Positions 42,570 to 50,050 of a DNA stretch of 64,000 nt are shown in pieces; position 1 is the first letter of the stretch; every line of letters starts with the position of its first letter. Location: the sequence record SRR2962707_3586; one strand, written 5' to 3'. A program made the translations under genes and the position numbers. Under the pieces are notes generated by a model. The model saw only the letters and a program-made list of their open reading frames with translations, made no database searches and was not told the origin of the DNA.

Positions 42570-42627
42570 AAAGGTGTTTATTGTTTTGTTTCACATCGAT
42601 GGAAGGAATTCCTTCCGTTTGATTTGA

Positions 42628-42655
42628 AACGCACACCCCTGAAAGTGACCCTACC
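42628..42655 (-). promoter_or_regulatory. Putative ECF sigma promoter for the repeat lipoprotein
   Basis: GGTAGGGT-N12-TGTGCGTT on minus strand; both boxes and spacing match 43242-43269. Confidence 0.8.
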
Positions 42656-42726
42656 CCCGGTTTGAATTTTCTTTGCCTTTGCCTTTTGTGATATCTTTCT
42701 AACTTCGGATAGCTTTTAAGTCACCT

Positions 42727-43242
42727 ATGTCGAAAAGAGAACAACCACTTTGCAACGAAGATCAGTTTGATACTTTCTATTCGGAGCATGTCCGCCCGCT
42801 CAGAAATTTCATCTACTATAAGTTCGGAGACGCTGATCAATCAGACGATGTGGTTCAGGAATCTTTTATCAGACTTTGGAATAATTGTGCGAAGGTGACA
42901 ATGGACACGGCCAAAAGCTTTCTTTACCGAATTGCCATCAATCTAAGTACCAGTTTGAAGCGATCGGAGAAAGTGAAATTGAAATACGAGGAAAGAGCAG
43001 TGAAATCAGAATGGGATGCTGAATCTCCGGAGTTTGTCATTCTTGAAAAGGAGTTTATGGAAAAACTCACAGACGCCATCGCAAGTTTGCCGGACAAGCA
43101 GCGTGAAGTATTTCTTATGAATCGTGTGGAAAAAAAGACCTATCGAGAGATAGCAGAGTTGTCAGGTGTCTCTGTAAAAGCAGTTGAAAAATCTATGCAT
43201 AAGGCATTAATAAAATTACGAGAGAAAATTGGTGATGTGTAG
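42727..43242 (+). CDS. ECF RNA polymerase sigma-70 factor
   Basis: DVVQESFIRLW region 2; LPDKQREVF...YREIAELSGVSVKAVEK region 4. Confidence 0.95.
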   Translation: MSKREQPLCNEDQFDTFYSEHVRPLRNFIYYKFGDADQSDDVVQESFIRLWNNCAKVTMDTAKSFLYRIAINLSTSLKRSEKVKLKYEERAVKSEWDAESPEFVILEKEFMEKLTDAIASLPDKQREVFLMNRVEKKTYREIAELSGVSVKAVEKSMHKALIKLREKIGDV

Positions 43243-43269
43243 GTAGGGTATTTCGATCGATTGTGCGTT
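43242..43269 (+). promoter_or_regulatory. Putative ECF sigma promoter for fecR-like and TBDR genes
   Basis: GGTAGGGT-N12-TGTGCGTT immediately after the sigma stop codon. Confidence 0.8.
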
Positions 43270-43289
43270 AGCATTATAATGAGCAAATT

Positions 43290-44204
43290 ATGAGCGAAGA
43301 ATTCAAAGACGATACTTTTTTAGCCCGATGGCTTAATGGTGAACTCACCGATGAGGAGTTGGCATCATTTAAAGCCAGTGCTGAATATAATCTCTACAGC
43401 AAGATTGTATCAGGAGCCGGGAATATTAGCTCTTCTGGTTTTGATCAGGACGAATTGCTTGAAAAAATCAAAACCAAAACACAAGGTGAGAAGAGTACAA
43501 AAAGTTTTAGATGGATTTATGCTGCAGCCGCTTCTCTTATCCTGATCGCTACTTTTTCACTTTACAGCATCTTAAGTGGCCCTGGCCTTACGACTGTCAT
43601 TAGCAAGGTGGGGGAAAAGAAAACACTTGTGCTTCCAGATGGCTCAGAAGTGGTAATGAACGCCAATTCTCAAATTGCTTATTCAAAAGAGGATTGGAGC
43701 AATGAACGCTTAATTGAGCTGAAAGGCGAAGCTTATTTTAAAGTAGCTAAGGGAAAGAAATTTACCGTTAGCTCATCCAGCGGTGACGTCACAGTCTTGG
43801 GTACACAGTTTAATGTGCAAGATGTAGAGGGCTTCTATGAAGTGAAATGCTTCGAAGGAAGTGTGCTTGTAGCCAGCGACAATCAAGAGGAAGTTTTGAA
43901 GCCCAAAAATGCGGTAAGAAAAACGCGAGGATCGAGTTTGCTGGCGCGCGCAATCAATGCAACTTCACCTGATTGGATGGAAAACAGAAGTTCTTTTACG
44001 AGCGTACCATTAAATCATGTGCTGAATTCACTCAAGAATCAATACAAAATATCCTTTGAAGGAACACTGACATTTGGTGAAGAAACATACACTGGAACGT
44101 TCCCGCATGATGATTTGGAGCTGGCTCTAAAAGTGATATTTTCTTCCCTTCCATACGATTATCAGCTGAAAGATAAAGGGGTAGTGGTCATCCTTGAAAA
44201 ATAG
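43290..44204 (+). CDS. FecR-family anti-sigma factor
   Basis: YAAAASL TM, LPDGSEV.MNANS, L.GEAYF.V, VTVLGTQFNV. Confidence 0.93.
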   Translation: MSEEFKDDTFLARWLNGELTDEELASFKASAEYNLYSKIVSGAGNISSSGFDQDELLEKIKTKTQGEKSTKSFRWIYAAAASLILIATFSLYSILSGPGLTTVISKVGEKKTLVLPDGSEVVMNANSQIAYSKEDWSNERLIELKGEAYFKVAKGKKFTVSSSSGDVTVLGTQFNVQDVEGFYEVKCFEGSVLVASDNQEEVLKPKNAVRKTRGSSLLARAINATSPDWMENRSSFTSVPLNHVLNSLKNQYKISFEGTLTFGEETYTGTFPHDDLELALKVIFSSLPYDYQLKDKGVVVILEK

Positions 44205-44207
44205 GTT

Positions 44208-46742
44208 ATGAGACATTATCGACTGATTCTATGCCTGTGGTGTTTGCCCTGGGTTAGTCCCGGACAGGATCAGTCTGCACGTGAATTGGTTGATTACCTC
44301 AATGAAATTTCAGCGTCACACAACGTCCGATTTTCCTACCTGGATGAGGTTATAGCAAGTAAGCGCATTTATCTACCTAATCCTGAAGAGAAGGCGTTAC
44401 TGGCTTTACTGGATGAGATGGAGAAAGCCACCAGATTAAAATTTGAGCTGGTACAAGAAGGTTATGTGACCATTCGTCCTTACCAAGCTTCGGATAAAGT
44501 GCCAGTTTGTGGCTATGTGACGGATTATTCCGGTTCACCATTGGTTGGAGTTACCGTTGGCTATTCACCTAAAGATGGTGGCTTTACTGATGGGGATGGC
44601 TATTTCTCGTTGGATTCCGTGCCATACGGATCCAGGCTTACTATCCGATATGTCGGATTCCTCACGAAGCAATTCAATGTATCAAACCTGAGTTTTTCTG
44701 AATGCAATCGGATCAAACTAGGTGAGTCGGTCAATATGTTGGATGAGGTCACTATCAGTGATTTTCTGGCTGTAGGAATCACAAAGTCAAAAAATGAAGT
44801 AGCAATTGATCCATCGGAGTTTAAAACCCTGCCGGGGTTGATAGAACCGGATGTATTGCAAAGTATCCAGCAGATGCCAGGCGTAAACAGCCCATACGAA
44901 ACTGCTGCCGGACTTTACGTGAGGGGAGGGCTGCCGGATCAAAACCTGGTTCAATGGAATGGAATCAAAACCTACAACCAGGGACACTTCTTCGGCATGA
45001 TATCCGCATTTAATCCTTACATCATTGACAGGGTCACCTTCACCAAGAGTGGAACCAGCGCCCGATTTGGTGATCGTGTTTCCTCTGTTATCGACATTTC
45101 GTCCAATTCAAAAGTGAGTGATCGAGTCTCAGGTGGAGTGGGTACCAATTTGCTATATGGGGACGGATATGTGAATGTACCTGTAGTACAAAACAAGGTA
45201 TCTGTTCAGTTGTCTGGTCGTCGGTCATTTACAGATGTTTTTGAAACCATCACCTATCATCGCATGGCTGACCGTGTATTTCAGAATACCAAAATCAGTC
45301 AGACAATTTCGGGAGATCAACAATCCAGTAATGCGTTCTATTTCAATGATTATACTGCTAATATGAACTGGGAAGTGAATGGCAATAACCGATTGACAAT
45401 CAATACACTATACAACAAGAACGATTTGGATTTTAAGTCTGAAAACCTGACAGCTAATCAGTCTTTCAACGACCTTTTGCTTAATGCCAATGAAGGGTAT
45501 TCTTTGAAATGGGAAAATCATAAACCCGCTAGATTCAGCTTCGATGTGGACGCCAATTATGCCAGGTACATCCTGCGATATGAGTTTGTTAGTTCAGTTG
45601 CCGATACCGTCACTCGATCTTCCAAAAAAAACCTGGTGCAGGAAATGGGTGCCCGTCTCAATACCCACTACAAGCTGAATGAAAACCAAACCCTTCGCCT
45701 TGGCTATCACTTCGCGAAGAATCATACACGGTATGCTTATGAAACCTTTGGGCCCTCATATCAAATAACGCTCGACGATGATGACTCTTCCATCAATACA
45801 CATTCGTTCTATTCAGAATATGATTATGATCTTAATGGCTGGTATTTAAGGCCCGGATTCAGGGTGAATAATTATCGTGAGCTTAGCAAAACTTACTTTG
45901 AGCCCCGATTGTATGCAGAAAGAGCACTTTCTGAGAGTTTTAAATTGAATGTATCGGGTGAATATCGAACACAGGTTGTGAGCCAGATCAAGGAATCAGT
46001 AGTGAGTGATCTGTCTCTTGAAAACAAAGTTTGGGCACTGGCATCTGTTGATCGCTTTCCAGTTATCAGAAGCTATCAAATTACGTTTGGTAGCAGTTTT
46101 AGCCAGAAAGGGTGGCTGGTTGATTTGGAGGGCTATCGTAAACAGGTGATGGATGTGACCACTCTGACATTTGGATTCCTGAATCCGGAAGACAATCAAT
46201 TCAGGATAGGAGATAGTAGGATTCTTGGAACGGACTTCTTTATAAAAAAACAATGGCTGAATTATGAAGCCTGGACTAGTTATTCTTATGTAAGAACTGA
46301 GAACACATTTACGGGGCTCAATGACGACCAATCATTTCCTGGCAGCTGGAACATTGAGCATACGGTGAGATTATCCGGAATTGCATCTGTCAATAGTTGG
46401 GAATTCTCTTTAGGCTGGATATGGCATACCGGCAAGGCATATACCGATGTGATTGAAGAAAGCACTGGGGGAGGACCTATTTCTGTATCCTTTGCTGCCA
46501 TAAATAGCAACAACCTACCGGTTTATCATCGTCTTGATATGTCGATAATGAAGGAATTTCAATCTGTTAAGTATGCCAACTTGAGATATCGCGCAGGACT
46601 CTCCATTCTTAATCTTTACAATCGCAGGAACCTGCTGAATAGGGAATTTCGAACGACACCCTCTCTTGACAATGAGTTAATAGATACCAGAGTCTATTCA
46701 CTTGGTTTTACTCCCAATTTGGTTTTTCGGGTTTTTTGGTAG
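44208..46742 (+). CDS. TonB-dependent transducer (signalling N-domain, plug, barrel)
   Basis: N-terminal STN-like segment, QQMPGV, YVRGG.PDQNL, SARFG.RVSSVIDI, LPVYHRLD, LNLYNRRN. Confidence 0.9.
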   Translation: MRHYRLILCLWCLPWVSPGQDQSARELVDYLNEISASHNVRFSYLDEVIASKRIYLPNPEEKALLALLDEMEKATRLKFELVQEGYVTIRPYQASDKVPVCGYVTDYSGSPLVGVTVGYSPKDGGFTDGDGYFSLDSVPYGSRLTIRYVGFLTKQFNVSNLSFSECNRIKLGESVNMLDEVTISDFLAVGITKSKNEVAIDPSEFKTLPGLIEPDVLQSIQQMPGVNSPYETAAGLYVRGGLPDQNLVQWNGIKTYNQGHFFGMISAFNPYIIDRVTFTKSGTSARFGDRVSSVIDISSNSKVSDRVSGGVGTNLLYGDGYVNVPVVQNKVSVQLSGRRSFTDVFETITYHRMADRVFQNTKISQTISGDQQSSNAFYFNDYTANMNWEVNGNNRLTINTLYNKNDLDFKSENLTANQSFNDLLLNANEGYSLKWENHKPARFSFDVDANYARYILRYEFVSSVADTVTRSSKKNLVQEMGARLNTHYKLNENQTLRLGYHFAKNHTRYAYETFGPSYQITLDDDDSSINTHSFYSEYDYDLNGWYLRPGFRVNNYRELSKTYFEPRLYAERALSESFKLNVSGEYRTQVVSQIKESVVSDLSLENKVWALASVDRFPVIRSYQITFGSSFSQKGWLVDLEGYRKQVMDVTTLTFGFLNPEDNQFRIGDSRILGTDFFIKKQWLNYEAWTSYSYVRTENTFTGLNDDQSFPGSWNIEHTVRLSGIASVNSWEFSLGWIWHTGKAYTDVIEESTGGGPISVSFAAINSNNLPVYHRLDMSIMKEFQSVKYANLRYRAGLSILNLYNRRNLLNREFRTTPSLDNELIDTRVYSLGFTPNLVFRVFW

Positions 46743-46798
46743 CACCGGAAGGATTCGCATAGCTAAGTTGTATATTTTGCATTCTTTAGCGAATTCTC

Positions 46799-47854
46799 AT
46801 GACCACACTTCGATTTATCTTGTTGGTTCAAGGCTTTCTGGCCATTTTCATAGCCGGTGGCTTGTTTTTCAAACATGATAACCTCAAGAACAGGTCAGTA
46901 TCAATTTTCATCCTACTTTTCGGTATTGAAATCCTTGAGTTTCTCTATTCTACAAGCCAGATTGTTGACATCTGGCCTCAACTATTCGGGATTTTCTTCT
47001 TTCCAATTGGATTTCTATATGGGCCATTGTTATGGTTGCATTTCAAGTCATTCGAGGGGCCGATTTCATTGCGCAAAGAATGGTATCACTTTGTGCCGTT
47101 TGTGCTCATGATCATTTCTTATCGTGATATTTTTTTACTTCCGGGAGCTGAGCGAATCAGCTATGCCAGTGAGCATTTCTTCGGCCGGATTATGACCTAT
47201 AACTATGTAAGATCACTTTATATTCTGTGCTACGGAGGTATGGTTTTTACCAAATTCTGGAAATCCAGATATGCCTTGAATTCTACAGATAAAGTTTACG
47301 CCACAGCAGTTTGTATCATTTACCTGTTATCTGCGGTGGTGATTTCTCTATTAACGGCCTTTGCTGACGCATGGAGGCAGTTCATCTATTATTACCTCAT
47401 CGTCAATACCATCTTCCTGATCATGGGGTATATGTTGTATTTCAAAGCTGATTTTCTCAAAGAGATTAGTAATAAATACCTAAGGTCAACCCTGGGAGCA
47501 GAGGATATGAATCGCATCCGGTCCAAAATAGAGCGCTTGATGGAGCAGGATCAGTGTTACCTGGACAATCGGATCACCTTGCAAAAAGTAGCGGATCAAA
47601 TAGACGAGAGCTCGCATAAAATCTCACAGACCCTTTCCGAGGGAATGAAAATGAATTTTAATGAATTGGTCAATGACTATCGAATAGCATTTTCAATGCG
47701 GATGCTAAACGATAAGAATTTCGACCATTTCAAAATTGAAGCGGTAGCACTTGAGTCAGGCTTCAACAACAAAGTCACCTTTCATAAGGCATTTGTGAAA
47801 AAGGCCGGAACCACACCGGCAGCCTTCAGAAATGAACGACATCAGGAGCAGTAA
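46799..47854 (+). CDS. Membrane-anchored AraC-family regulator
   Basis: About 6-7 TM segments, then YLD..ITL..VA, F.ELVN.YRI, A.ESGFNNKVTFHKAF.K..G.TP. Confidence 0.92.
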   Translation: MTTLRFILLVQGFLAIFIAGGLFFKHDNLKNRSVSIFILLFGIEILEFLYSTSQIVDIWPQLFGIFFFPIGFLYGPLLWLHFKSFEGPISLRKEWYHFVPFVLMIISYRDIFLLPGAERISYASEHFFGRIMTYNYVRSLYILCYGGMVFTKFWKSRYALNSTDKVYATAVCIIYLLSAVVISLLTAFADAWRQFIYYYLIVNTIFLIMGYMLYFKADFLKEISNKYLRSTLGAEDMNRIRSKIERLMEQDQCYLDNRITLQKVADQIDESSHKISQTLSEGMKMNFNELVNDYRIAFSMRMLNDKNFDHFKIEAVALESGFNNKVTFHKAFVKKAGTTPAAFRNERHQEQ

Positions 47855-47934
47855 AAGGTATCGGATAATTATCCTTTACCACTAGTGACGAATTATCCCA
47901 ATTTCCATGAATGCAGGCATGTATCATTGCTTGT

Positions 47935-49569
47935 ATGCGAATAATCACAACATTTCTCATTGGTTTGATGCTGGTTCCGGTTTTGGGACTTCAAGCTCAA
48001 AATATTGATTCCCTGATCAAAAAGGATGATCTGCAATCCATCAAGCGTCTTATTACTGAAGATAATAAGCAAGACTTGTTTCGAGTGGCCCTTGAGGCTG
48101 AATCCATGAACATCACCACCTATTTGGTGGAAAATGGCGCTGATGTAAATAAGCCAGATTCAACAGGAAATCTCCCATTGATAGATGCTGTTGCGGTAAA
48201 GAATCTGAAGCTGATTGAACTGCTCATAGAGAATGGAGCAGATGTGAATGGACATCAAACTATGGGGCTGCAAGCTACTCCTTTGATGTATGCAGCAGCA
48301 TACAATCACATACCCATGATCCAATTGTTGATTGCATCCGGTAGCAACATTGATGATGTGGATTTAAATGGCGATCCTGCCATCAATTGGGCTTCCTATT
48401 ATGGTCATGTAAAATCCATGCGAGAGCTTGTAAGGCTCGGTGCAGATCTTACCATCAAGAGCAAACATGGTTTACCGGTAGATGTCGCTTATAGACTTTG
48501 GTATCCGGATTCTGTTGCTGCAGTATTCAGGGATGCAGGATTTGGGAATACACTACCTGGCAAAGAGCAGAAGCTCGTTGAGGCCGTTCGTGGTGGTGAT
48601 ATGATCACTGTTCAAAAATTGCTCAAATCAGGAGTATCAGTTGAGACAAAGGATGAGCTTAATAATCCCATTCTATTTACAGCAACTCATCTGGGCAATA
48701 CCCAAATGGTTGATCTTCTTTTGAGGAACAAGGCCAACGTGGATGCTTTGAATAGGGTAGGTCAAAGTGCCTTGTGCATGGCTTCACGATTTGGACATGC
48801 CGGAATTGTTGACTTGTTGTTGAAGGCAGGAGCTTCACCGAATGCAACAGGTGAAGATTATAAACTAACTCCTCTGATGGGGGCTGGTGTCGGTGGATAT
48901 GTGGAAATAGGGGAAAAGCTCGTTGAAAAAGGGGCCGAGCTCAATAGTCAGGATGTTGTAAACGGGACAACAGCCATGGGATGGGCGTTGTTCCATCAGA
49001 ATGTCGTATATGTTGAGATGTTGCTTGAAAAGGGCGGAGATCCTCTCATCGCTTCTCCGACGTACAAGTTCACCCCAAGGAGTCTGGCTCAGTCCTACAG
49101 GCTAAATGATCTGGTCACCAAAATGGACCGGCAGACAAATCGATTGTTCGGCACCTGGACGATTGAAGAAATCCATTATGTGTATCCAGACACTACAATA
49201 TCACTGGATCTGGAATACAAAGGACGCCTGATGGTAAGTGATTCTCATTACTCAATCATGTACAATCCGTACGGTTCCATTCGGGAGAGTCCGGCAGCAT
49301 TGAGTAAAATGACCGATCAGGAAAAACTCTATTCTTTCCAGACGATTGTATTCAATAGCGGAACATTCAACTATTCAGATACTGACTTTATCACAACTGC
49401 TGATCTGGCCAAAGTAGCTGGTTTTGAAGGCGGTGTACAGTACTATCGCTTAGGAGAGGAGCAAGACCTCATTAGCATGACCATGTATGATGAAACCTAT
49501 CCAAACGGAAACAAACCTGAGTGGTATAAGAAACTCGAGATCAAATTTCTGCTAAGAAAAGAAAGGTAA
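47935..49569 (+). CDS. Exported ankyrin-repeat protein with C-terminal lipocalin-like domain
   Basis: Signal peptide; many TPL..A...G...V..L...GA.VN repeats; C-terminal LFGTW...NSGTF. Confidence 0.85.
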   Translation: MRIITTFLIGLMLVPVLGLQAQNIDSLIKKDDLQSIKRLITEDNKQDLFRVALEAESMNITTYLVENGADVNKPDSTGNLPLIDAVAVKNLKLIELLIENGADVNGHQTMGLQATPLMYAAAYNHIPMIQLLIASGSNIDDVDLNGDPAINWASYYGHVKSMRELVRLGADLTIKSKHGLPVDVAYRLWYPDSVAAVFRDAGFGNTLPGKEQKLVEAVRGGDMITVQKLLKSGVSVETKDELNNPILFTATHLGNTQMVDLLLRNKANVDALNRVGQSALCMASRFGHAGIVDLLLKAGASPNATGEDYKLTPLMGAGVGGYVEIGEKLVEKGAELNSQDVVNGTTAMGWALFHQNVVYVEMLLEKGGDPLIASPTYKFTPRSLAQSYRLNDLVTKMDRQTNRLFGTWTIEEIHYVYPDTTISLDLEYKGRLMVSDSHYSIMYNPYGSIRESPAALSKMTDQEKLYSFQTIVFNSGTFNYSDTDFITTADLAKVAGFEGGVQYYRLGEEQDLISMTMYDETYPNGNKPEWYKKLEIKFLLRKER

Positions 49570-49590
49570 ACCCACAAGTATATTGGTGAA

Positions 49591-49645
49591 GAAAGCCTGT
49601 GAGGAGTGAATGCCGATAATTCGCTCCTCTGGCTTTCATTTTATT
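49591..49645 (+). terminator. Long hairpin, probable terminator
   Basis: gaaagcc..gaggagtgaat / attcgctcctc..ggctttc followed by T-rich tract. Confidence 0.55.
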
Positions 49646-49714
49646 TCATTCACTTTTTATACAACTAATTGATTACTTTCACGTATTGTACAACAAATCA
49701 AACCATGCAATACG

Positions 49715-50050
49715 ATGAAAGGAACACATTTAGGAGAACTTGAAGAACTGGTGTTGCTCACCGTGGGATCATTATTTGATGAGGCCTATGGTGTTGCAGT
49801 AATGGACGAAGTGAAGCTGAAGACGGGTAGAGAGATGAACATTAGTGCCATCCATGCCGTGCTTCGTCGTTTGGAGGAGAAAGGACTCTTGAAGTCAAGA
49901 ATGGGAGGATCTACCAATGAGCGGGGTGGTCGAAGAAAACGACTGTTTACGCTTACCAAAGAGGGAAAACTCGCACTGGACGAAAGTATCAGCATCAGAA
50001 CAGCGCTTTACGAGCGTATTCCAAACATTACTTATCAATTCTCTGTATGA
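49715..50050 (+). CDS. PadR-family transcriptional regulator
   Basis: LGELEELVLL, AYGV, L.RLEEKG, RGGRRKRLF.LT..G. Confidence 0.93.
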   Translation: MKGTHLGELEELVLLTVGSLFDEAYGVAVMDEVKLKTGREMNISAIHAVLRRLEEKGLLKSRMGGSTNERGGRRKRLFTLTKEGKLALDESISIRTALYERIPNITYQFSV

